DNA of 64,000 nucleotides, from contig NW_002060968.1 of assembly GCF_000150275.1 (NCBI RefSeq), positions 167,797-231,796 on the forward strand, read 5' to 3'. Numbering within the stretch: position 1 is the stretch's first letter; every line of letters starts with the position of its first letter. The translations under genes and the position numbers were made by a program. Source of the DNA: Trichoplax adhaerens (lineage: Eukaryota > Animalia > Placozoa). Under the pieces are notes generated by a model that saw only the letters and a list, made by a program, of their open reading frames with translations, was not told the DNA's origin and ran no database searches. Shown one piece after another: positions 1 to 12,253 of the stretch.

Positions 1-84
1 TACAATAAGCTCTTCAATACCAGATAACATATCCTTACAACAAGAGAATTTAAAGTACTATTATGCCACTTTTGCGGAAGATTG

Positions 85-863
85 TGTAGTAAAAGGACTA
101 AAAGTAGAGTCCTTTGTAGTTTTTAGTATGTAATTAGTATTATTTTACTATACAAAATACCTAGAAAGTGATAGTGTCTTTAAGTTTTACCCTGCCAAAT
201 CATCATGTCGCCATCTTTTCTTCTTCATTATTTTACAAGGTATTATATAGATTACTATAGAAGTAGCCCTATAGAGCAAATGCCTAATCTAAAGAAAGGG
301 CGTTTGATCGTCTATTCAAATTGTAAAGAAATTTGACTTAGTAGCAAAACCCTATCCTTAGAGTAAGGGAATTTATAACATGACGATAAAGTACTGTAAT
401 GTAGTCTATACTCGTACAGTTACAGTACAATCTGACGCTAAAACATCAACTGTCAATACTCGCGAATACTAAGCGATACTAATGTCAGAAAAGTAGTCGT
501 AATAGTNNNNNNNNNNNNNNNNNNNNNNNNNNNNNNNNNNNNNNNNNNNNNNNNNNGTACTTTACCGTCATATTATAAATCCCNCTTTCTCTAAGGATAG
601 GGTTTTGCTACTAAGTCAAATTCCTTTACAACTTGAATAGACGATCAAACGCCCTTTCTTTAGGTTAGGCAATTGCTCTCGGGTTACTTTTATAGTAATC
701 TATATAATACCTTGTAAAATAATGAAGAAGAAAAGATAGCGACATGATGATTTGGCAGGGTAAAACTTAAAACACTCTCACTTTCTAGGTATTTTCTATA
801 GTAAAATAGTACTAGTTACGTACTAAAAGCTATAAAGTACTCTACTTTTAGTCCTTTACTACA
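85..863. mobile_element. Foldback/MITE-like long inverted repeat (arms ~85-394 and ~557-863) spanning the assembly gap
   Basis: The left arm tgtagtaaaaggactaaaagtagag...tgacgataaagtac is the reverse complement of the right arm gtactttaccgtca...ctctacttttagtcctttactaca, with scattered substitutions and small indels. No transposase ORF and no clear target-site duplication. Confidence 0.7.
507..556. other. Assembly gap (50 N)
   Basis: Run of N at 507-556, between the arms of the inverted repeat. Confidence 0.99.
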
Positions 864-2454
864 ATAGCTTGTCCAACTTTTAGACTAGAAGAATATTTAC
901 AGCCATACTATATCTACTTTGAAAGGTAGAACTTTACATACTTCTCATATTTAAAGAAAATTCAAACGCTTATGTAATTTTTATTATGGCGAGGTGGCTG
1001 TTTAATTAGTCGATTTGATTACACTCTCTTTAATAAGAGCAGATATGTCTACAGAATCAAGTGGGACAAATACTTGTCCTATTCTTACAAATATGAAATA
1101 TTTCCTATGGTAGACGATTTATTATTTTTTTCTCTTTTATCTTCATTATATAAATCGTTTTTGCTTGGATTAAGATCTCATTTACCGACTTACATTGCAC
1201 TTTTATGGATTAAACAAGAATATCTGATTATGCAGAGTGCGCTATATTCGCCTTCATCATATCAAACTAATTGACTAACTAGCAATACATTTTAACATTT
1301 TGCTGCTATTAAAAGATGAACTTAGTGTAATTGTTACTAGGTTAGCATAGTAACAACTAGTCATATAAGAATTCGATTCTCTCATCAAAATAGAATTAAA
1401 ATACAACATTCACTAATAGCATAACAAAAGTAAGATTTTATTATTGAATTTGAAGAAAATAATTAGAGCAAACTCTACAAACGTACACCCTATTGATATA
1501 AAACTTTGTATAGTGTAGATCAGTAATTAGATTTTCAGATCGAAATTATGTTAAAAAAGGCAACTGGTATTAAAAATATAAACAGCAATCAGGATTCAAA
1601 AGTTTTTCATTTAAGGTATCAGACTCGTAAGCTAGAATAATATCCACCATTTTATACTTTGCTATGAAAAAACGAGCAAAGAATTAAAAAGTGGGTAAGA
1701 TAATTATCATTTTTACAAACATTTTAGATATCTAGACTTGTACAATAGTTGATCATACTGTTATGATCTATTTCCATTGCCCATTAAGATGAACCATAAT
1801 TGTTACAGTTTGTATTTCAGGATTATCCGTACAATTTATTCTTAATAATAGACTTACGGACTTTATTACTCATTATATTGATTATGATGCTTCTGCAGAT
1901 TGCGAGTGTAGTGTAACATTGAGGGGAAAAAAGATAAATACGAGAAAAAATGGTCATTAGCATAGTTTTGATTAAGAAACCGGGTTATAACATCCCAAAA
2001 AGATGTAATCTGATAGAATAATGCTAGTAAAGTAAAATAGATAAAGCATACAAGCTTGCTGATTATCTAGCAGAACTAACTAATAAAGTACCAAATTAAG
2101 AACAAGTTTGTCTTGCAATTTAAGAGGTAGATGACTGGAGGTTTGTTTGCAAAGAAGGAAGAACAATTAGGATACAATAGTTTAATTCTATATAATGATT
2201 TCTCTAGGATATAATAAGTTAAAGTGATAAATCAAATTTTACTGAGTAAATTATTTAATTCATGCCATATATCCATGCAATAATGCTACAGCGTAACTAA
2301 AAGTAGCCGATACAGTTTATAATTATTACCAACACATGAAACAAGAAGTCTAAATCTTTTAATCATTATGATTTGTCCAGAACATTATTTAGAAGCTGCC
2401 GCTATGGAATAACAATTTATTCTTAATTGATTTTCGATGACTGACTCATCACAA

Positions 2455-4049
2455 TTAAATCTTGACCATTCTTATACTGCTTTCAACTGGCATGAAACCC
2501 AAATTCTCATTAATTAATAGAACTTTCCCATCAGTATAAAAGCATAGCAACTTTTTACCATCACTTATATTAACTAACAATTGGACTTCGGTCGATTCAC
2601 AATATGGGTGATTTGGGCTATATGGCTCAGAGGAATATATAATAAATTCCCAAAGAATAAAATCTTTGTTTTCTCTATTCCATTTCTTAAAGGTTTCTAT
2701 AACGGTCTTTATATCGTCATTCAGTTTCTGTAAACCACCAATTAATCATTTTAGATCATAAAATGGCCGTGTAAACGACTAAAAGTTCTTATGTTGATCA
2801 ATGGCACTTATTCGAGAGATATTATTACATAGCTAGCAGACTACTACTAAAATCATAACATAAAATATATTTTCGATATACAGAACCATAGAATGATATT
2901 TTGCTATGTTATAATAAGCAGCGTAATAGCTCCAAAAATTTGATTCCATTTACTATATATTTGCAGAATATGATTATAAACCTATTAACCGTCTTTTATA
3001 TTAAATTTAATCTTCCGTAGAAATAATAGTAACAATATATTTACGTACTGTAATAATGAACAGTTGCAGAAAAATTTGACTCCCATAACACAAAATTGAG
3101 CCATTTTTTCGTCTAAATCATTTAGCAAAGGTCTTGTAGCGTCTCTAACTATAACTTGATGATTATTGTAAGACAATAAATAATCGTATATATTCACTGA
3201 TATCGCCATAGTATCTTGTCTTAGTAAGTAAAATACTGCAGATATACCTAACTACTCGGTAGATTATTTTCGTTGTAAACTTACCACAAAGATCAACTCA
3301 TATTCAGATTTCTTTATTTTCTTCATGCACATCATCAATTTGGGATCAGAAGTTAGAATAACCACAGAGTTAGCTATGTCCTCAGATTTGAATATAAATT
3401 GAGCTATGGTTTGATTGATAAATTGGAAATTGATCAGGCTCTGCGTAATAAGAAACTGTTTCAATTCAATTATTAATCTATAGCTGTTAGGAATAGTATT
3501 TACCGCAGCTGGGCTTTTCCTCAAGTTCATCCAATCCTTTAGCATATTTAGCAGTATACGCTGTAAGATGCTTGAAATTAAATTCGTGGTCGCTTTGCGC
3601 TAAGTAATAACCCAGCGAATTAAGATATACTTTTGTTTGGGTGCTGGCAAATTCTGAAACGATATTTTTATCATATCAAGCCACATGTTGCTTAATCAGC
3701 TATTATATTGCAACTGAAATGCACTGAATTCATAAATTCATAATTATACATGTAAGATTTTTCCTAAAAAGTGTAGTATTCAATCTGCCTTCATTTTATA
3801 AAAAGTGCAATTTGAAATGCTGTTGATCATTGTTGACAAGGTATGTTAAATAATACGATTCATCTATATATTTTTAAAGAAATTGAAGGTTACTTGATTA
3901 AAATCAGCAGCAGTAAGAGCAATTTACTATTAATTTAGCCAAATTAGTTACGATTTGCCAAATTAGCTTATCTTTAGAAAATAATGGATCAACTTTTTTG
4001 GGGTACAAACTAAATAGTAAACCAATTTACCTTTAGAAAAATTTTCCAT
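2455..4049 (-). CDS. Paralog A: leaderless beta-trefoil (IL-1/FGF-superfamily-like) protein, 186 aa, 4 exons
   Basis: Exons 4049-4031 (aacaacATG; MENFSK, g|gtaaat), 3653-3504 (phase 1/1), 3403-3285 (phase 1/0) and 2727-2455 (phase 0, TAA). All introns are GT-AG and the 561 nt are fully open: MENFSKEFASTQTKVYLNSLGYYLAQSDHEFNFKHLTAYTAKYAKGLDELEEKPSCAQFIFKSEDIANSVVILTSDPKLMMCMKKIKKSEYELIFVKLNDDIKTVIETFKKWNRENKDFILWEFIIYSSEPYSPNHPYCESTEVQLLVNISDGKKLLCFYTDGKVLLINENLGFMPVESSIRMVKI. The gene model is well supported by its paralogs; the fold call is pattern-based inference. Confidence 0.8.
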
Positions 4050-5984
4050 GTTGTTTAATTTGGTACAGAAAGTAAGCTGATATCAAACCAAGTAAAGTTA
4101 AAGGAGATAGGCGACGAAATTGATCTACTTAACCCGCTAATTAAAATCTTGATTGAAAAGGCAAAATTAGAAAGGAACGACCCTCTATTTATAATAATTT
4201 CATTTCCAAGTATTTCAGTACAAGGCTTTTAAAAGATCAATACGGCAGTAATAGAATAGCATATAATTTTTCAAAATATTTGCGTAACGAAATAATACGC
4301 GTATTATTTTAATAAATAACAAGATATTTTAGAAATTCGTTTGCCTTATTTTAATTTCTTTTCTTCTGGAATAATTTGTATAGTAAACGTAAATAAAGTA
4401 GTTTAGGTGCTAATTTTATTTAATGTTCTAAATATGTCACATACTTGCAAACTACAATGGTCAGAAACAGAGGATATACATCGCATGATAACGTTAAGAT
4501 CGATGATCATTTTAATGACCGACAGCCAATAAATACGGGCGTATGATTATTTCTATTCTACGCTTAACATTGTATCTAATTTAATTGGTTTTATTGAATT
4601 CCTTTTTACGAAGCTGAAAAAAGGCATGTCTATAAAATAATAAAGTTAGGAGAAAAAATCACTGTGAAATGTCGTAATTGTGTCAATATTTCCAAAACTT
4701 AATTGTTTGTAATTAGTCGTAGGCGGTCAATTTTCCCTTTGCGAGTATAACAGCACCTAAAGTTGCTTTAATTTTAATTTAATATAACTATCACTTGATA
4801 CTGAAATAGAATTAGATTAGTATATTTATCCGCATACTGGTTAATCCTATTTTAAGCCAGTAATGAGATCATGATAAGTATAGCAGTGATACAATCCCGA
4901 TTTATGTCAAAAACTGTCGCAAAAATAATGAATTAACACAGACTATGTGAAGAATACTATCTAGCTAGCAGCAAATGGAAAACTGCTGATGATGTATCAA
5001 ACTTCCTCATTAGTAAATAGGAAAATAATTTTCTATAGTCTTAAATGGTCATAGGATAACATCAATTTCATGGTTCGATTGTAAATTAGCTAGATGAATC
5101 ATAACTGACATTAAATATATAGCATATTCAAATTTGGCAAAAAAAGCTATAGGATTTATTATTAGCAGGCGTAGCAGTAAGTTAGTCGGTTACTTTATTT
5201 TCGAAAATAACCTCAATCTGAGAAAGGTATCTAGGGAAGTTAAAAGAATCATTAAATAATAATATAATACAACTCACACTCTATCGTTAATATGGCTAAC
5301 ATTACGTATACTAAAAGCACGTAAAGGAATTTTTTTATCGAGATTAGCATTATCTTCGATATTGCGTACATTTCATCCTTCATTAGATTCTTAGATGAGA
5401 TTTAAAATTAAAGAAAAATGTTTTCATTTAAATTTTCTGCCGCTTTTGGTCTTGTGCAAACAGTTGGCTACCGATGTTTTAAATGGGTAATTACATTTCT
5501 TTTCATCCTTTTAAAACTTTGATCGCTTTATAGGAGAATTATAGATATGTTATTAAAGTTAATGAATGGATTTGCGCAACTAATATGAAGGCATATGGAT
5601 ATATCCTTTAAACGAAGAGAAATAGTGATTGACAGAGAATAAATATAGAGAAAAATGAAGAACGAAAGGAAAGAACTAAATAGGCAAAGATATCGATGAT
5701 GTTGATGGATTTTTTGTTAAATAATTAAATAGTCATGAACAAGCTAATGATTTCAACGCCACTCTCGCTAGATAATCTCCTAGAACCGCTTCTAGTTCAT
5801 AAAGAGCTAGAGGATTCGTAAATATAGACATTGTTTACAGTCAAGTCAACTCAAAATTCATTGGATAGGAAATAAATTAAAAGAGTTGCAATTTAAACTC
5901 CAAATAATTACAAACCTTTTTATAATACTTATGAAAGTTCATCAGGTTCATTTACAGTGAAAGTTAGCTAGATTGATCTATGCA

Positions 5985-6490
5985 TCTACCATAAGAACAA
6001 ATTATATATGTAGTTTATCATTGATGCTATATTTTTGGCTTAAAAGTAGATTAATGCGTATAAGTAAATCATTTATGCTAGGTTTCTTTGCTTAAAGATG
6101 AATTATTGAGGTGAATAATGTAACTAGGATATGGTCAATTGCTAAAAGAACATATAGATCTACAACAGAAACAAATTATTAATGCAAGTAATCACTTATA
6201 TAACTTTTCCTAGCTGATGGAAAAATTGCAAGAGTGAATAATTAGGAACTAGTCTTTATCTAAAGAAACATATAGATCCACAATAAAAAGCTACAGGACT
6301 TGCATTTAATCCTTTTTATGATTTTTTTTTTCTTAAAAATAAACTACAGCGATGAACAATTAGGAAATAATTAATAACAAGACAAATATTTAGATCCACA
6401 ATAATAAACTATGCGTGCAGTTTGATCATTTACGTGATTTTTCCTAGCTTAAAAGCAAACTACAAGGGTGGATAATTGGAAATTGGTCAA
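5985..6490. repeat. Degenerate tandem repeat, ~4 copies of ~120-170 bp, between paralogs A and B
   Basis: Recurring tagatc(c/t)acaa...aa(a/t)ta...tttcctagct...gaataatta(g)gaa blocks near 5985, 6155, 6272 and 6392. Confidence 0.6.
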
Positions 6491-7509
6491 AACTCGTAAC
6501 GTAAGTAAGGCAGGCATCATATAACCGTTACTACATACGAGTATATAAAGTTAATCAGCTTTGGCTGAAATAAGTTAACAGTACCGTCACTATGAATGAT
6601 TTAGTTTGATAGTTAGTATGTGCAATCTTTGCTTTAATAAGTAATATTTTTAATTAGCGGTAATTGTGAACTTGTTTTAAATTAGTTTCTCTCAAAATAT
6701 AATGAAATCTAACATAGTTTACCTAAAAATTGTACAGTAAGTCTATTAAGGCACTAATACAGTTTAACAGAGGACTGTAAGACAAAGTAGGCATTTAAAT
6801 TAGACCCGAAATTTAAAATTTCAATCACACTTTTATTATGTGTACTTCGCAGCATTGAACCATTTTATGATCAATTATAAAAGAAAAACAGAAAGTATTA
6901 CCATGTTTGGAAATTAATTCTAGTATTATGCACAAAAATGCTTCGATTCAACTAAATTTGTAGGCATTTGCTGCCAGTTGAGCAATGTAATTACAAGAAA
7001 TTTAGAGATTTGACTATTAATGTCGGCGCAATAAAATAATGATATTCGATAAAATTTTGTCCACTTTTTATCGTCTGATAGCTTAGGCTACAGGTAGCTA
7101 CGCTAGATAAAAGGAAAATAAATTACAACATTAACAGTATTTTATGGAAAACAACACAGACATTACCGCTTAAAAAATTTTACTCTGAGCCAAATCTTTC
7201 CAGTCAGACCATTCCAGCCTTCTGTTCATTTGCAAGGAACTAGCAGTAAATCTATTTATCTCATAATGGGTGAATTTATTTTATAGAATTGATAATGTAA
7301 ATTTGTAATTAAAATCAAATGTAGATGGTAGAAACTTAAACTATTGCAACGATAATCTACGGCTTCAAGATTTAGTCTGTAATGACCATAAATGAGATGT
7401 AAATGCCGGAAAACTGCAATTCATTGCCTTAATTCCCTGCTGCGAATGATTAAGAGGATATTAGACGCCTCAAGATTTATAGATTAATTGTCATTACTTA
7501 TAGAATGAT

Positions 7510-9082
7510 TTAATCCTCGACCAAATACACTCTACTTTCAGGCGGAAGATAATTATCTTTTAGATTGATAAATTGGACTGTTCCATCAGGATTAAAGCAA
7601 ACGACCTTCTTACTGCCACTTTGTGTTTCGATAAGGTTTAATTCAGTTGATCCATCATCTGATTTGCTGTATTCGAAGATGAATTCCGTGATCAAGTTAA
7701 TGCCAGTTGCTTTTTTTCACTTCCTTCAATTGTTTTGAAAATGATTTCATATCTTCATTGACTTCCTGTATCATAGTAAAAAAATAGAAAGCGATCATTT
7801 AGATTATCTCATTTATGTTATTTCAGCATGAAACTTCCATAATTGGCTTAGATATTTTTTCATTGCATTGCAATATTCTAGTCAAGTACGAAATTAAAAT
7901 TTAAATTTACACGAGCTCTTGATTAAACTGATCTAAATATTATTTTTTATGCAATTTATCTATAGATCAATTAAAAGCATTGAGTGTTAGACTCGCGCAA
8001 ATTATTTCTCTTCTTCTAACTTACCACAAAAAGCAATTCATATTTGTTGCCCTTTATTTCTTTTAAACCAAGTACACGTTTGTTATCAGATAATAAGACA
8101 AGAGCCCAATAGGAATTGTCGTATTCTTCAATTTCAAATTTAGCTGTAAATTGAAAGGACAAAATTTCTGCTTAGTATTTATATGAAATATGTGTAACTT
8201 CCGTCCCAATTTGATTAAAAGTCGAATCTAAAGTACAGTAGAATGATCAATTTCAGATATTTACCAAATTCAGCCTGTCCATCAATGCCATCTAATCCGT
8301 CTATCAGATTAGATTTGTACACAACGAATGGCCCAAGAGTATCCTTTTCACTTTTACTTATTACGTAGCCGCCGATTGATCTCACCAAGAATTTTTTCGG
8401 AGTAACACTGAATCTCTGTACAGCATTGGTATAACCTAAAATTAAAACATTCTTCGTATTAATAACTTATTGCTTTTGAAGTCTACTCTGTTCTCTATTT
8501 TTCTTCATCATTTGATAATGCTACCAATAAGATTAAAAGTTCTTACTCTTGCGAACGATCTTAAAAAAGAGCCTGGAAAATTCAATTATGTTTGCGACAA
8601 TTGTAGCAAAATAATGATGATAATTCTTCCGTTCTGCGTAGAAAAGAAATGGATACTTTAAGAACGAGTTATACAAAGCTATGGCTAATGAGACAACACA
8701 AAATTAAAGGAAGATCAGTTAAATTTCATGATATAGATTGGGACTCATCTTGATTAAATAAAATTGTACTGCTTCCGCTATTTCTGTTTATCTAGTAATA
8801 TCGTACAGTTAAAGCAATCTAAATTTTACTATATTTTTGTAAATATATTAATTTAATTGATTTCTCGTTTAAAACAATTGAAAAGTTTACGCGTATATTG
8901 CATATTTAGTAATTCACTAGAGACATTTAAACACGCAGAAAAAGTATATTTGTCTTCTTCTGTTTTAGACTATCTGAATAGAAGGATAGTTAATTATTAT
9001 TCAGTCGTAGGAGTTAGCTTAAAATTATTAATAATACCTGATATATTATGGATTTACCTTGCAGTACTTGTACGTGGCCCAT
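7510..9082 (-). pseudogene. Paralog B: beta-trefoil IL-1/FGF-like gene with a single +1 frameshift (sequencing error or recent pseudogene); 189 aa if corrected
   Basis: Exons 9082-9058 (MGHVQVLQ, g|gtaaat), 8435-8265 (YTNAVQRFSVTPKKFLVRSIGGYVISKSEKDTLGPFVVYKSNLIDGLDGIDGQAEF), 8143-8025 (119 nt; AKFEIEEYDNSYWALVLLSDNKRVLGLKEIKGNKYELLFV) and 7765-7510 (256 nt). Removing one A from the A7 run at 7711-7717 gives EVNEDMKSFSKQLKEVKKATGINLITEFIFEYSKSDDGSTELNLIETQSGSKKVVCFNPDGTVQFINLKDNYLPPESRVYLVED*, colinear with paralog A. Confidence 0.75.
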
Positions 9083-9547
9083 GGAGATAGAATAGAGTAG
9101 CATTTTTTAATTTAGTGCAATAGGTTAAATTTGGCAATGATCCAAAAATTTGAAGGATACCTGATGATTAAGATTGGATTGGCTTCTAGGAACACTACAA
9201 ATGGAGTTGCAGCCAAATTGAAGAAATGACGATCAGATTGTGCCTTATATATGTTACGGTATATTCAATATACATATTCCAACGACCTTTACATTTAAAG
9301 CGGCATTTTTCTAGTTATCCAAATTTTTGTGAAACAGTTTTATCCTTACCATATTTGGATATCGCTAAGTTGTTCCACCTAAATTCCCAAGGACAAGAGC
9401 AGTCTATTTTAATGGATTGAAACAAAAGACGGATAGAATTGTACTAAGCTGTTAAATTCCATGCATACAGATCTTCTAACGTAAACACTCCGAAAGAAAG
9501 CAAAATTAGGGAGTAACTATAAATTATTATATCTAGAATGGAAATGT

Positions 9548-9795
9548 GTTCTATACATCGAATAAGATTTATCTATGCGTTAGATGTGCGTATGATTATT
9601 AAAATATTACAGAGAACAGGCTCTTTAATAGCTTAATTAAAGTTCTTCTGTGGTAAATACTACACAAGAAAGCAGTATCACGATATTACTATAAATTGTT
9701 ACGTAGATGATTGTAAATTTATTCTATATATATTGCATAAGATCTATCTATGCATCCAATGCGCGTATGATAATCATTGTATTACAGATAATAAC
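9548..9795. repeat. Direct duplication (~70 bp x2) upstream of paralog B
   Basis: ttctatacatcgaataagatttatctatgcgttagatgtgcgtatgat...tattacaga (~9549) versus ttctatatatattgcataagatctatctatgcatccaatgcgcgtatgat...tattacaga (~9722). Confidence 0.6.
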
Positions 9796-12253
9796 CTTAA
9801 TAATTAAAGGTCTACTTAAGATCTTGCATTCTTTCAGTTCCTGAAGAATGAATTCTATAAAATTTAAAAGGCCCCACATTACGCATTCGATTCGTACTAC
9901 TTACTAATATTTCATTCAATCCAACTTACATTATAGAATTCGAGACTGTTGAGCTAACAGCGGTAAATTTGTGAGTAAACAAGAGGATTTCATTCTAAAA
10001 CTATCTCAATACAACCTTGGAAATCGTTAATTGTTGTCATAGCTTTGGTTTACTAAGCTTTTATTGCCACTGAAACTGTTTGTATATGGAATTAAGCAAA
10101 ATTAGGAATCAGAGAGAAGATTGCTGGTGGATTGTCAGTAACCTAATTGAGCACCTGCAGCTCTATCTATAGTTATTAAAATATAAAATGAAAAATTTTG
10201 CAACACTTGCACTACAATAATAAAATATCCAATAGTAACTACATTAATAAAGTCATTAGATTAATTAAGAGTTAATTGATTTCATAACCTAGAGTCTAAT
10301 CCTGTTGCCAAACTTATTACTTTCTTAAGATGGATTTGTTTAAATCTCTATTGATTATAGCTATCAAAATTCCAGCAGCCGCAAAGGGATTACAGCATAC
10401 ACTACATAGATATGATCTTAATCTATGATAGTTTAAACACTCTTTAGTGTATAAGTGTTGGCAGTCTTCAAATATTTAGCAATGTTGAATATCTAAAACG
10501 GACTGTATACGTAAGCAGTTCTCTGTTAATATTTATCAATATCAACTAATGTGCATAAACACTAATACAATGCTAGCGACATTACATGCTATTGGTATAT
10601 TGAACTGATCAGTATGTTTAGTCCTTAATATGGACCCACTGCATTATAATTCTCCCTTAATTATAGCTTGTTTTACAGTTCTCTTCCGCCCTAAAATATC
10701 AACGTAGACTATTGTACTAATTCTCTTTTATCTTACCGTTGCTTTTGTTATCCGATACCAATATGGACTTGCTCACATGTCTTGACCGTATCTATCATTC
10801 CATTGATCAAAATAACATTATCCTTTAACAGCCCATATACCGCGATAATTATTTCATATTGCGCAAATTAATAGCTGTATAACACTACTTTTATCTTTCA
10901 TAGGTGAGTTTGCATTCAAGCTAATGTATATTCATGGATTCAGGGCTATTCTAGTCAACGTGACTATTCCAACCTTAACTTTAGATTACATCATTTGTAA
11001 TAAACAATCTTGTTAACCGCTATTTATACTTCTGGCAATAGTTTTGTCGTTTACTTATTGTGATGCCATCAATTTAATTGTATGCTCTAAATGGCATTGC
11101 TTTTAATTGTCTATTTTACCACAATTAATCAATAGGTTATTATAATACCTTATTCATTATTTTACAGAAAACGCTGATTTACAAGGTCCCAAATCAATTT
11201 TATTAATATCTAAATTTTTCCATTATAGCCCATGATTGGGTTAATGTCTTACGTCTATAAGGAATGATGAAATAGACGTTACAAAGTCCTACCATGCTAT
11301 ACTATTCATTCGAATTCTATTGCTAAACTGATGACAAGGTAGCATTCAAGGTTATAGCTTAGAATTAAGTTATCTACAAAATCTATTTTTAATCAACTGG
11401 AAACAGAATTTTGGATAATATTGTAAATTATATCTGGTAGTTGATAATTAAAAAGGATAAGACGCATAATAAGCCAGGCGCAAGAAAGGCTTAAACAGCA
11501 GTAGTATAACAGCAAACAGTCTACCAAGAAATAGAATGTTATAAAGAAATCAAAACGATAATTAGCTGTCTATAACAATCAGAATATCCAGGTTTAGCCT
11601 GTCGGTTAGCAGAAACTCAACAATGAAACGTTATAATAGATAATATATTCCTTCATGCTTTTGGTTCGACTAAATACAGCAAGCTTGTAGGCTAGAAACT
11701 TTATCCACTGGTGAATAATTCAAAGATAATTATTTATCGATGATGATTTTTCACTTTGGCTATCTTTTCTTGAACCGTAAGTCACATTGATGATATCAGC
11801 GTTAACGTTTTTTCTTCGTGCTTTTTCGTGATATACGTATATAATAAGATTCAGCATGTCAATAATGCATTCGAAAATTCGATTTTGATCATTAGCGCTC
11901 TTGTATTATAGAGCTAACTTTGATATTATTCAGTTAAATTGTTATTTAAAATGAAATTAGGTATAAACTATCATAATCTATTCGAGACTAGATGTAGCTA
12001 TACGTTTTTTAATTTTAAAATAAAGGGTAGGTTATTGTATTTCATTAAAAGTAACAATTAATCTAGAGAACATAATCATTAAACTGGTCGATGACAAATG
12101 CTAGAGTTAACGTCTAGAAATCATTAGATTTAAGCTGTTTTGCAGCCAACAGGTAGTATCATTGCCCTTTGTGTTTTTATGCTCAGAAAAACTGTTTCGG
12201 ATATGAGACTAATTCAATAAATGAATTAAACCTGGATAGAAAGAATTTGCTAT

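Noticed and set aside
3404-3545. N-terminal half of ORF 3264-3545 (MLKDWMNLRK...) as a real protein start
   Set aside because: It reads through an intron and the upstream exon in the wrong frame. Only 3403-3285 is coding, as shown by the equivalent 119-nt exons in paralogs B and C.
10500-11300. Hydrophobic-looking translations between paralogs B and C
   Set aside because: There are frequent stops, no recognisable motif and no consistent splice structure.
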